DNA of 63,457 nt, counting the filler, from Reclinomonas americana ATCC 50394 (Eukaryota), in the NCBI GenBank assembly GCA_048213135.1. It is 6 parts of 2 records of this genome, joined end to end, with 100 filler letters (N's around TTAATTAATTAA, not from the genome) between each part and the next. Parts side by side here need not be neighbours in the genome. Positions count along the whole stretch, not along the records: positions 1 to 5,884 come from PS015451.1; positions 5,985 to 23,398 come from PS015451.1; 4 more parts are not named here. One strand, written 5' to 3'. The first letter of the stretch is position 1; each line of letters begins with the position of its first letter. A model generated the notes under the pieces. It was not told the DNA's origin, ran no database searches, and worked only from the letters and a program-made list of their open reading frames with translations. Below, in pieces: positions 1 to 11,464 of the stretch. The translations under genes and the position numbers were made by a program.

Positions 1-100
1 TCTTTCTTCTTCTTCTCTCTTCTTTCTTCTCTTCCCTTCCCTTCCCTTCCCTTCCCTTCCCTCTTCCCCTTCTCTTCTCCGTTTCCATCTCCCCACTCAC

Positions 101-362
101 TCTTCGGCGCAGCCACCCCGAATCTGATCGAGCGCAAGATCATGGACTCGCGCGCCCTCGACAGAGTCAGCAAGGACGCCGCACTGACTGCTCTTCGTGG
201 CAGCAGTGCCGACGACGAAGAGGACGACGACGATGATGATGATGATGACGACGAGGAGGATGGGGAGGAGGAGGGGGGCAAGTGATCGTCTTGCGACGGC
301 GGCCTTTGTTTGTTGTGTGCGTGTGTGTACACGTACCGGCACAGCAGTCGACTCTGTGACAT
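101..362 (-). CDS. 5' part of a hypothetical secreted or signal-anchored protein (continues beyond window start)
   Basis: ATG at 362, a short GT-AG intron, then MSQSRLLCRRSLAPLLLPILLVVIIIIIVVVLFVVG... (long hydrophobic segment), ending at a GTGAGT donor near 100. Confidence 0.4.
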
Positions 363-644
363 TAATTCCTCAGTGGCGATGCGGTGTTTGGTGGGGGGGC
401 AGTGTACACGTTGATACATTGTTGGTACACGCCAAGTGACAGCGCGCGCTCGAGGAGAGGGACAGACGTGGAAAAGAGATACATAAACAGCACCGGCGTG
501 GTCGAGCGAGATCACGAGGCGCCCACAAAACAGAGATATTTGACGGGAGGCTATGTGGAAACAAATGTACACGCACACACACACACACACACAACAAAAA
601 AAAGGGGGGAAAGTGAGACAGGGTATTTAGAGAGTGGAGCCCAT

Positions 645-3600
645 TTAGCCATCCGACAGGCTGTCCCACGAATTTTCTCGCCGCATCTGCTGCTCCTGTC
701 GCTGCTGCTGTTGCTGTTGTTGTTGTTGCAACTTCTTGTTGCGATTGCGCTTCTTGCGCGCACGACGGCCACCACCGCTGGCCGACCCAGCACCGTTGCC
801 AGCGCCACCATTGCCGGCACCGGCAGCCGCCGAGGCCAGCACACCAGCACCACTGCGTGTGCCGCCGACCACGGCCGTCACCCACGCCATGTCGTCCTCC
901 TCCTCCTCCTCCTCCAGCGGATCCGGCGACTCGTTGCTGTCCGAACCCGTGCCCGAGCCACTGCTCGAGCCAATGTCGTCGGAGGCGCGACCGAGGGTGG
1001 CCACCGGAGGCAGCGGCGGCGCCTCTGTCACCGTGATCAGAGTCTCCGTGGGCCGACCATCCGAATCACCAATGTCAATCAGCCGTCGTGAGGCGCTGAC
1101 TGGAGCATCGCGGGAGGGTGTCGTCGGGGCACGTCCGAGGGGGCTGGACGCCGCCGATGATGACGACGTGCCGACTCGTACCGGCGACTGCGTGGTGTGT
1201 GCGGTGTCGTGAACAATGCTCGCACTCGTCGGGTAATCGAGCGCCACCTCGGCACTCTCGTGCTCGTCCACGGTGCTGGCAAACGACTCGGACGAGGAGC
1301 TCGACGGCAGCATCGGGCGACTCTGCATCGGCTCCGGGCTCCGCGCGGGTGGCGGCGGCGGTGCCACAGGTCTTGACGACGGCGCCATGACGCTGCTGGC
1401 CAGTGTCGGCGGCGACCGCGAGAGCATGCCGGCACCGGCGCTCGGCGGACCCGGCAAGGCCGCCGCACGCGCCATGGCGGTGGCCAGCGGCGCAGAAATT
1501 GGCTGCGCCGCCGACGGCGGTGGGGCAGAGAATGCGTTGCTCGAAGACGACGACGAGGAGGCTGTGGACGAGGCCGAGCCCTGTGCCACGGCGGCGGCCG
1601 CAGCCGCGGCAGCCACGGCCGGCGACGCCGACGGTAATGAGGCCGCCGGCAAGGCGCTCGCCAACGACGGCGGCACAGCCGCGGTGGCCGCAAGCACCGG
1701 TGAGTGGAACACTGGCACGCCAGGCGGCGACGGCGCGGACGCCGACGGGGCAGGAGCCGGGGCGGGCATTCGTGCCAATGTCGCCGCCGTCGGCATGTTG
1801 GTGGCCATGGCGGCCGCCGTTGCCGACGGTGCGGTTGCAGTCGTTGTGGTTGTGGTTGTCGACGAAGGTGGCGTGGGAGTCGAGCGCTGTGGCGCCGGAG
1901 CACGCACCACCATTGGTGCCGAGGCCGCTGAGGCCGCCGACGAGGAGAACGAGGAGCCAGAAGAGGACGAGTACGTCCCTGGGGGCGGCGGTGCCGGATA
2001 ACTCGGCAACGCCGTCGCTCCGCGTCCGTACGGTGCGTGTCCATGTCGCTGCTGCGGTGGCGGCGGCAGCATGGACGGCAACGGCGTATCGAATGCACGC
2101 TCAATGCGCTCTGCATCCACAGGGCGAGTGAGTGGTTGCTGGAGAGAGAGAGGGAGAGGCGTGCGTGATACAAACAAACAAACAAAAAGGCAACACAAAC
2201 CAGTCAAGTCGTAGTCGGCGGCTGGTGGCGGAGCCGACACCATGGTCGGCACAATGACGTCGGCGCGGGCCAGTGCCGCATCTACGGGCACTGGGTCCGC
2301 GCGCGCCACCTCGACGCTGGCCGCCAGGTCCTCCATCGGGAACAGCGCCGCGGTCATGGATCGGGGAGCCGCTCGCAAGCCGGCCGCAAAGGCAGCAGCC
2401 GGATTCCGTGGAGGTGCGGGCGCTTGCGCGGCCGGAGCCGTGTACGGCAGCGGTTGCTGCAGCGGAACGCCCACTGACGACGACGCGGGAGACGAGGACA
2501 CGTAGGTCTTGAACTTGAACTGCGGACCGACCCACAGTGGCAGAGCACCCTGCGCGTGCGTGCGCACTTCCACCTGCGACACCCATCGCGGAATCGTTCG
2601 ACCACCCATGTCGCTGAGCGGGGTGAGAAGGAGAGCAACGTGAGGAAGGTAAAGTCACAGCATGGCTTCCAAAGATAAGATAGAGGAATCACCTTGATCC
2701 GCCGCGGCTCTGCGGATTCAGCGAGTGCTGTGGTCGCTGGAGTGCAAAGCTCGGGTCGACTGGCGGGCTGTTGAAGCGGCGACACAAATCGGCGCCCTTG
2801 CTGCGACGCGTCTTGACCACCACAGTCTCCAGGATCTTGTCTGTGTGCATATATACAGCGGTGGTGGTGAGATGAGCGTGAAAAACAAAAAAAAGGGCAA
2901 TCTCACACGACGAAACCTCCAAGACGCGGCCACAACTCGTGCAACTCGAGAGAGCCCTCCTGCGAGATGGTGTAGGCGCGGAAAATGTCGGGATTTTCGC
3001 GCGACGATGATGAGCTGCTCGGCTCGCCCATGGCCGCCTCCTCATCGGTGCGGTTGATGCGATACAATGTCGGGTCCACGTAATGTACCTGCACACAGAA
3101 CGAGATGAGCGCTCAACTCATCGCCCAATAAACAGTGTGCCCGCGTCGCAACTCTTGGGGCGCGTGGAGCGTAGCCCTCGACAATGTTGCTCTTCAACCG
3201 TGCGCTGACGTTCAGCTTGATGGCCTCCATGCCGCGCGCCGGGAACAAACTGGAGGCCTGATGCGCGTGACACGTGTAGTGTTGCATCTCACTGCCTGCG
3301 CCGCCCACCGACACCTGCACCATCGACGAGTCGTCTGGTGCCTGGGCATACGACGGCACATGCGTGCGCGCGCCGACTGGTCCACCGTCGGGACTGATCG
3401 AGTACACGTGCGTGGTGCCGTGTTGCGAGCTGACAAAGACCCACTTGGAGTCGAGCGAGAACGTAATGTCGACAATCACCGCGTCGGTGATGCCGCGCGA
3501 GAGGCGATACAGCAGCACCACTGGCTGCGATTCGCCCGGCGTGATGCGCCACACGTGCACGTTGTGTCCGTCGACCGATGCCGTCAGCAACTGTTATGGC

Positions 3601-5350
3601 AAGAAATGGTAAGAAGAAAGATAACAGGGGGAAGAAAATGCCAGCAGTACGTACCAGGCGACCATTTGGACTGAATGCCATACAGGCGACAGGGTGGTGG
3701 TGGGCCTGGAAATGTGCGACAATCTCGCGTGTTTTCAAGTCGCGCACAATGACCTGCGGTATTACATAGTGTGAGACACACATTTTGACGCACACACACA
3801 TATCGACGATTCTCCACCAATCACTCACCGTGCCAGCGTACGGTGTGACGGGAACGGGAGCCTCTTCCTCGCCCCGCACGTACGTATTGTAGGCCGACAG
3901 ACCGGCCTTGTAAAGAGTGGAGGCCACATCCTTGGCCATCTTGGTGGCCTGCCCAGTGACGGTGCTCTCGCCCTCCGCCACCGACAGTGCCGAGTGACCA
4001 TCGCCGCGCGCCAGTGGCTCGTTGCCGGCGTAGCTGCAGGGAGAGGTGAGTTGCGTGACGGCGAGAGAAGGAGACAGAAAAAGACGCAACGCAATCCATC
4101 GGTGTCCAAGGGAAAGCAGACCGCGGCGGAACACGTCCGGATACGCCGGCAGCGTGTAGACCGTGGCCATTGTGCGCGGATCCAGCACGTGAATGGCGTC
4201 GAGGATGGAGACACAGAGGACGCGGTCGGTGCATCGCACGTCGCACACCTCGCCCGGGAAGGTGAGGGTGTGCACATAGTCGCCGCCGAGCAGCGAAAAG
4301 AGGCGAATGGCCGTGCGCGGGAACCACTGCGTGTGCTCCGCTCCGGCCACCACCAGCAGCGGGTGGTGCTCGTAAAACGCCACATTAGACGAGGTGCCGC
4401 CGGCGGGGAACGGCAGGAACTGTTATGTAAAGGAAAGAGTGTCACCACGACGAATCTCCTTGGTGGGTGCCTGCGATCCCCCTCATTACCTTGACGATTC
4501 CAATGGGACCGTCACGCTTCGACAACACCTCAGTCATGCGATCGACATCGGTGACGTCCCACAGCTGGAAGCCAGTCATGTAGGTGAGCACCAGAATCGT
4601 CCGGCTGCGAGCGTAACAAAAAAAAACACACAAAAACGATCTTCAGCCACAGTGCCTGCACCACACCAATCGTAAAAAGACTGCGCATCACCTCTGGCCC
4701 TTCCACTCAAACAACTGGAAGCTGGCAGTGAGAATGCGCTCGCGACCAGTGGTCGACGAGACCGCCGAGAGCCCCGACAAACCCTGCGCCGCCGCCGAAC
4801 CGCCCTGCGATCCGCCTCCACCCCCTCCACCGCCTCCTCCACCACTTCCACCTCCCCGCTGTCCCGCGCCCTGCCCTCCAGCAGCTCCACCCGACGCAGC
4901 GCCCACTGCGCCACCAGCACCACCTCGATGCACGCGCGGGGCCCGTCCTCGCGGAACATCCGAATCATCGCTATCGGAGCCTCCTCCGCCTCCGCCTCCA
5001 TAGTACGCATCGTGGTGCTGACGACGATGACGATCGCTCACTCCATCGCCATCACCTGCACTGCCATTGCCATTGCCACTGCCGCCACTGCCGCTGCCAC
5101 CAGAGCCCTCAGTGAAGCGCGAGATGACAGACTCGGTGACACGTGTCAGCGTCGAGAGGCTGCTGGCGGCGCCACTCTTGACAGCGCCAAAAATGCTGTG
5201 CGTGTAATGGAGAGAGTGGGTGAGTGAGTGTGAGCATGGGGGCGGGGAAGGGGAACAGGAGAGCGCGGGAAAAGATGACGGTTGGGAATAGACCTCGCAT
5301 ACACACACGCAGACTCACCGCGCAAAGGTTCCTTGGTCCTTGTCGCCCAT
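645..5350 (-). CDS. BCAS3: BCAS3/ATG18-related WD40 beta-propeller autophagy protein with a long low-complexity C-terminal tail (multi-exon)
   Basis: Spliced peptides HFQAHHHPVACMAFSPNG..LTASVDGHNVHVWRI..LYRLSRGITDAVIVDITFSLDSKWVFVSSQHGTTHVY and RWVSQVEVRTHAQGALPLWVGPQFKFKTY match BCAS3 family motifs. ATG at 5350, TAA at 645, GT-AG introns. Confidence 0.85.
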
Positions 5351-5884
5351 GAGTCGGCGTGTGTGTGTCACTGTGAGGCGAGCGCGAACGAACGGCCCAC
5401 TTTGAGATCGAGTGAGTAACTGACGCGCGGGACAGCGAGAGGAATCGTCAGACTCTGACGACGACTAAAATGGGCTCACCTGGTGCGACTGGCGATGAGT
5501 GTGAGGGTGTGAACGCACTTTCCTCACACACACGACGATAGAAGATCAAGCGGCCTACGCTTTATCGTCTGTTTGATGATGGTTTGTCCACCGTAGATTG
5601 TCCTCCCGCAACTTGCGGAAGTTTTTTTCAGTACTCTCGCATAGCAAGCAAGGAAGGTATCACTTGCCGTCCTCTTCTCTCTCTCTCTCTTTCTCTCTCT
5701 TTCTCTCCCCACTCACACACGCGCATTTATCACCCACTTTTCTTGACATTACGGTAAGTACGTTCTCCGCTCGCAGCGCACTCTCTTCTGTCTCTCTCTC
5801 ACACACACACTCCTCTCTCTCTCTCTCTCTCTCTCTTTCCCAATTTTCTTCCTCATTTTCGCCCTGATCCGATCGCGACATTCT

Positions 5885-5984
5885 NNNNNNNNNNNNNNNN
5901 NNNNNNNNNNNNNNNNNNNNNNNNNNNNTTAATTAATTAANNNNNNNNNNNNNNNNNNNNNNNNNNNNNNNNNNNNNNNNNNNN
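5885..5984. other. Assembly linker: N-run + TTAATTAATTAA + N-run (also at ~23399-23498, 25131-25230, 40971-41070, 59766-59865)
   Basis: An identical 12-mer with stops in all frames, embedded in 100-bp N blocks, occurs five times. Confidence 0.95.
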
Positions 5985-5990
5985 AAGACT

Positions 5991-7322
5991 ATGGCTGGTT
6001 CCGGATCCATTTACGAGTTGCAGCGCGTATCACTGCCGACTGAGCTTGTCGCCCTTCGCCAATCGTCGAATGGCCAGCATCTGGCGGTCATCTGTGAGGA
6101 GAATGGAGGGACGATTGTGGACTTCACCAGCTCTCGCCCTCCGCAGCGGCGAGTCAATCCCTCATCCGCATTCCGGTCTCCAGTGCGCACCTTGACGTGG
6201 ATTCCAGGAGACGACGGTGGCAGTGCGATTGTCGGTGATTGGGCCGGGTTCTTTACTCGCGTGGATGGGAGCTGGAGAGTGGCGTGGTCCAGTGACACTG
6301 TCGCAGCTGAAGTGGTGAGCGTGTGCCTGTCTCTCGACGGCGCGTTGTGTGTGACGGTCGCGCGAAAGGCAACCGTGTGTGCCTGGTCTATCGACACTGG
6401 TGCTCTGCTGTGGAAGACAAAGTTGTATCCGGATACCACGGCGTACTCTGCCGTGACCACTCGAGACGGCAACATTCTCGTGACTACGGGCCGTGACGCC
6501 CACGTGCTGCGCATATGTGACGGCCGCAGGATGCACAGCTTACTGCATCCACTCGGACAGATATTGTCGTGCGCCGCATCTCCCACTGCCAATCTGGTCG
6601 CCACAGGCGCGTCGGATTACCGAGTGCGATTGTGGTCCGTTGTGTCAGGAAAAGTGCTCCAGACACTGGTGGGCCACATGGACTTGGTGAGCGCGCTGGC
6701 TTTCTTTCCATCTGGGGCGTTCCTTGCCAGTGCATCCTATGGTGTGTTGTAATATCGCTCCACAGCGTCCATGTCTGTACGAGATGCTGACCACTGTTCG
6801 CCAGATTGCACAGTTCGTATTTGGTGTCCTTCCTCTGGCGAACAACTCCAGCTGCTTACCGGTCATTGTGGAGTGGTGCGTGACCTTATTATTTCGAACT
6901 TAAATGGCCTGCCTGTGAGCTGCGCGCAAGACGGAACGATCCGGGTGTGGCAGGCTCCATCGGCCAAGTTCGAAGTCGAGCTCGCCAAGCGGGAGTACGA
7001 CGTGGCGAAGGTGGCTCGTGACGCTGTCAGAGAGCTTGCGGCGACGGTCGGCAACTACGCGCTGGCGTCGCTTGTCCTCGACTGCTCTATCGTGGAGGAC
7101 GCACGAGTGCAGTTGTGGAACGCCGACTGCGCACTCACCGATGCTCACGGTACTCACACCGACTTGCCGCGCGCTCTCACTCACTCACTCACTCAGCATC
7201 GATGCACAGCGCTTCCCCTGCTCCCTCTTGTGGACATGTCGCGGCCGGCTTCGTTGCAACGGCCAACACAGACTGCAAGTGATCTTCCGGCTGCCTTCGT
7301 GCATCCGTGTACTGTCCCGTAA
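5991..7322 (+). CDS. WD40-repeat protein (copy A of an inverted pair)
   Basis: WD repeats (LVATGASDYRVRLWS, LVGHMDLVSALAF, LTGHCGVVRDL..SCAQDGTIRVW). Introns at ~6742-6805 and ~7150-7209. Confidence 0.85.
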
Positions 7323-7600
7323 TATATCGAAGATTGTCGACCGTCGGATCCGGAAGTCGTGGTTTGCAATTGCAGTAACAAAACGCGCAAAGGCCACAGA
7401 CAGCCACCAGTACCGTTCAGGCAACCGGGCAGCTTCCTCTGACTTATCGATATGCTTTATAACTTTTTGTCTTCTTCGTAGTTACTGCGATGGACGTCTT
7501 CTGGTGGTCACTGCTGACGATGTCTTCTTCCTGGCCTGGAGGCCGTGTGTGCTGAATAGGGTTTTATTCTCAACATCGACAACACACTTAAAACAGTTTT

Positions 7601-7688
7601 AGTTGTAGAAGGAAAGCGCACGAGACTTGTTGGCGTTCACTGGTAGATGCTCATTGTTGTGTATGGATCAGTGAAGTTTCTATTATCA
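7601..7688. repeat. ~88-bp dispersed hairpin-forming element, copy 1 (MITE-like or ncRNA)
   Basis: Near-identical to the reverse complement of 52301-52387. Internal stem TTCACTGGT...ATCAGTGAA. Confidence 0.8.
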
Positions 7689-7808
7689 TTATCCATAATT
7701 GCACACCGACAGGGTACGGTCGGCAGTGCACGCCTGCACCGAAGGTCACGCGCCGGTTGCAGGAAGTGGGGTGGGATAAGTTGACGCACTGGCAGCCGGA
7801 AGAACAGT

Positions 7809-9089
7809 CTATGCTGGCCGTTGTGACAAAGCCGGCAGGTCGACGAGAGGGAGCACGGGAGTCGGAAATGCTGCACATCACACAACGATGAGGCAACACC
7901 ACTGCGCAGCAGCAAGATGGTGCGAATACCGTGAGCATTGGTGAGTGCGCAGTCGGCGTTCCACAACTGCACTCGTGCGTCCTCTACGATGAAGCAGTCG
8001 AGAACAAGCGACGCCAGAGCGTAGTTGCCATTCGCCGCAGCCGATTCTCGGACAACATCTCGGGCCGCCTTCGCCACCTCATGCTCTCGTTTGGCAAGTT
8101 CGACTACATACTTGGCTGATTCTGCCTGCCACACCCGGATCGTTCCGTCTTGCGCGCAGCTCACCGGCAGGCCGTTCAGATTCGACACAACAAGGTCCCG
8201 CACCACTCCGTGATGGCCGGTAAGCATCTGGAGCTGTTCTCCAGTGGCAGGACACCAGATGCGCACCGAGCGATCTGGGGGACGAAGGTCAGCGTCTCAG
8301 ACACTGAGACAGACATGGACGCTGCGGGTGGTGTACCGACGAACCGTAGGATGCACTGGCAAGGAACGTTCCAGATGGAAAGAAAGCCAGCGCGCTAACC
8401 GCGTTCGTGTGGCCTGCCAGTGTCTGGAGCAGTTTCCCCGACACGACAGACCACAGCCGCACTCGGAAATCTGCAGCGCCTGTGGCGACCAGATTGGCAG
8501 TGGGAGATGCGGCGCACGACAACACATCTCCAAGTCGATGCAGTAAGCTGTGCAGCCTGCGGCCGTCAGAGATTTGAAATACGTACGCGTCATTGCACAC
8601 AGTCACGAGCACGTTGTTGTCTCGTGTAGTCACGGCAGAGTAAGCCGTGGTCTTCGGATACAATCTCGTCTGCCACAACAGAGCGCCAGTGTCGACAGAC
8701 CAGGCGCACACGGTTGCATTTCGCGCGACCGTCACATACGACGCGCCGTCGTGAGACAGGCACACGCTCACGACTTCAGCAGCTCCCGTGTCTCTGGACC
8801 ACGCCACTCTCCAGCTCCGATCTACACGAGATACGCACCCGGCCCAGTCGCCGATGACGACATTGCCGTCGTCCACAGGCGGAACCCACGACATGGAACG
8901 CACTGGAGACTCGAACATGGTCGAGGGATTGACCTGCTGTGGAGGGTGCGAGCTGGTAAAGTCCACAATGGTCCCACCGCTCTCCCTACAGATAGCCAAC
9001 AGCCGCCGACCATCCGACGATTGGCGGAGGGCGCAAACAGCAGTCGACAGTGTGACGCACTGCAACTCGTCTGGCGCGGAGCGGGCCAT
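7809..9089 (-). CDS. WD40-repeat protein (copy B of the inverted pair; C-terminus shorter)
   Basis: Colinear paralog of 5991-7322 with the same intron positions. It has TAG at 7809-7811 where copy A has CAG. Confidence 0.8.
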
Positions 9090-9708
9090 GATCTGCACGT
9101 GACAACAGGAGGGTTTGGATTGTGCGTGAGAGACGGAGAGAGTAAGGAGAGCAAGAGAGAGTGAGGTTGTGTAAACAGAGATATTCAACTCTCAAGCACT
9201 TCGGGGTGAAGCTTGAGAAGAATGGCACACGACTGTCGAGACTGGACGATGATCACCGGCCGACGCTCATCGTTTGCGTGCTCGTGGCGGAATGTGATCG
9301 ACGGAAGACATGGGACAGACAGATCACTGCTTTCGTTGTCTTCTCCGGTCCACCTTGTGGCATGAGGGATAGAGAGACAGGATGGCAGTGGTCAAAAGGT
9401 AAGCACGCGGACAGCTGCAGCTGCAGCGCTGTGGTCTGCGAGCTCGCGATCGAGAATTCTAATTCGAATTCGAAATCGATATCGATCGACGTCGCGCACA
9501 GAAAGCCCTGCCCTTCCTCCCACACCCTCGCTAGCAGAACCATCAACGCCCCCTTCAGTCATTGCATGTTGCCTGCATTTCCCGATATCGCGATCGCTGC
9601 ACCGATGTCATTCGCGACTCGCCAAAAATGCGCATCGCTAGCGATTTCTCCCTCGACCGACCAATTCTCGTTGTTTCTTTCACGAGTGTTCTTGCGTGCG
9701 AAGACAAC

Positions 9709-11430
9709 ATGGCCGCCGCAGCAGGAATGATCGACGAAATGGCGGCGGTGCAGCAGGCCTCATCAAGCGCGGCAGCCACCTCGTTTCTCCGCGATGCCGT
9801 GTTGGTTGCCGCCGGCTCTGACAGGACGAATTCAGTCGCGTCTCTCTCTCTCTCCCCACCCTCTCTCTCCCCTCTCTCTCTCTCTCTGTGCACACAATGC
9901 TCACATTCACCCCGCATCACACAGTTCATTGCTCCGTTCAGTCTGCACACGGCGTTGGGTGAGTCGCGAATGCTGTTGATCATGCACATGACGACTCTCT
10001 GAACACGATCGACTGCAGCCATGTGCTTGCTGGGCGCACGTGAGGCCACTGCACAGAATCTGGCGGAGGTGCTGCAGGCGCCTGCACCAGACGACGAGTC
10101 GATTCATCAAGCGGTGAGCACGCTTTGCTCTTGCTGTTGACTATAAATCATGCAGACAACTCACACCCACTCTCCTCTGCAGTTGATGGAGACCATTCAT
10201 GCAGTGGAGGAGGTGGGCCGCTCGTCGAGCACGCAGATCGAGATCGCCAATGCCATCTGGATTCGCGACGAGAACGCCCTGGTACCCGAGTGTGTGGAGG
10301 CCCTCGAGCGATTCTACAAAGGTAAACACACCACGTGTCGGCCGCGGCCACCTGCTGCCACGCGCTACCATGCTCACTCCTGCTGCTGCGCACCCAGCCA
10401 CCTGCATTGTCGGTCAAAGTCCGAATGCGTGGTGTGCGGAGAAAACGCACGGCAAGATCACGTCGATCGTGAGAAACCTCTCCAACATGGTCTGCATCGT
10501 CCTCTCCGCCGTCTACTTCAAGGGCACGTGGAAGGTCAAGTTCGACCCGGTCAACACCTCGCCGTGGCGCTTCCGTCTCCCTGGTGGCGACGAAAAGATG
10601 TGCCGGATGATGTCGGTGAGCGGCCGGTTTGACTATGCCGAGACACCTTCGTACGAGGTACGCATGCACATGCATCTCTTGCTCTTCTGCTGCTTCTGGC
10701 TCGTGTGCGTGTGTTTGCTGACCGTCACACCACCAGGCCGTCAACCTCCCGTACGAAGACGGCGAGTTCGCGGCGGCCGTGATTCTGCCCAGCAGCGGCG
10801 ACATGCTGCAGATGGGCCAGCTGGTGGACGACTTTTTCGCCGCCGGTGGCGTCGCCGGCATTCCCTTCTCCAAGCAGCAGGGCTCTGTACAAATTCCGCG
10901 CTTCAAGGCCGAGTCGTCGTCCTCGCTCCGGTCGGTACTCGCTGACATGGGTGTGGACGTCGCGGCCTTCTTTTCGCGACCCAACTTTCGCGGACTGCTG
11001 CGCGACCCGCCAGCCGACTTGGTCGTGTCGGACGTGCGGCAAAAGTTGAGTGCATGGCAGCCATGGCACGACGTGTGTGTGTGTGAATATGTTCCTCACT
11101 GACGATGCGCAGCGTGTACGTCGAGTGCAACGAGGAGGGCACCGTGGCCGCGGCGGTGACGGTGAGTTGCTGAGTGGCGTCAAAATTTTATCAGTGGCAG
11201 CAACTCATTCGCGTGTGCAGGCTGTGTACAAGGCTCGCAAGCGCAAGGCGGCACACGCTCGCGCTCCTTTTGAGTTTTGCGCCGACCGGCCGTTCCTGTT
11301 TATCATTCACTGGCGTGGCTTGGTGAGTGTGTGTCCGAGCACAGCTTTCTCCAGTGTGTGTATGTGGTGCTGACCGCGCCTGTGACAGATCCACTTTATC
11401 GGACTGGTGGCCAATCCGCAAGAAGAGTAA
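9709..11430 (+). CDS. Serpin (inhibitory-type hinge, basic reactive-centre loop)
   Basis: FIAPFSLHTAL, SAVYFKGTWKVKFD, IPRFK, hinge EEGTVAAAVT, RCL AVYKARKRK and signature FCADRPFLFII. Multi-exon. Confidence 0.93.
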
Positions 11431-11464
11431 ACCAAGAACATGTTGTATTGCATCATGCCCGCGG

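Noticed and set aside
5929..5940. Recurrent TTAATTAATTAA palindrome
   Set aside because: Always embedded in fixed-length N blocks, and SRP54 reads across one; it is an artificial contig linker.
7601..7625. Resemblance of the element's 5' end to U6atac snRNA (GTTGTA..AAGGA)
   Set aside because: The similarity is limited to a few bases; no matching downstream stem-loop or T-run terminator, and no U12-type introns were noticed.
9830..9925. Apparently unusual splice donors (GTCGCG, GTTGCG, GTTACT)
   Set aside because: All still obey GT-AG with plausible branch points; this is a relaxed U2 consensus rather than a new intron class.
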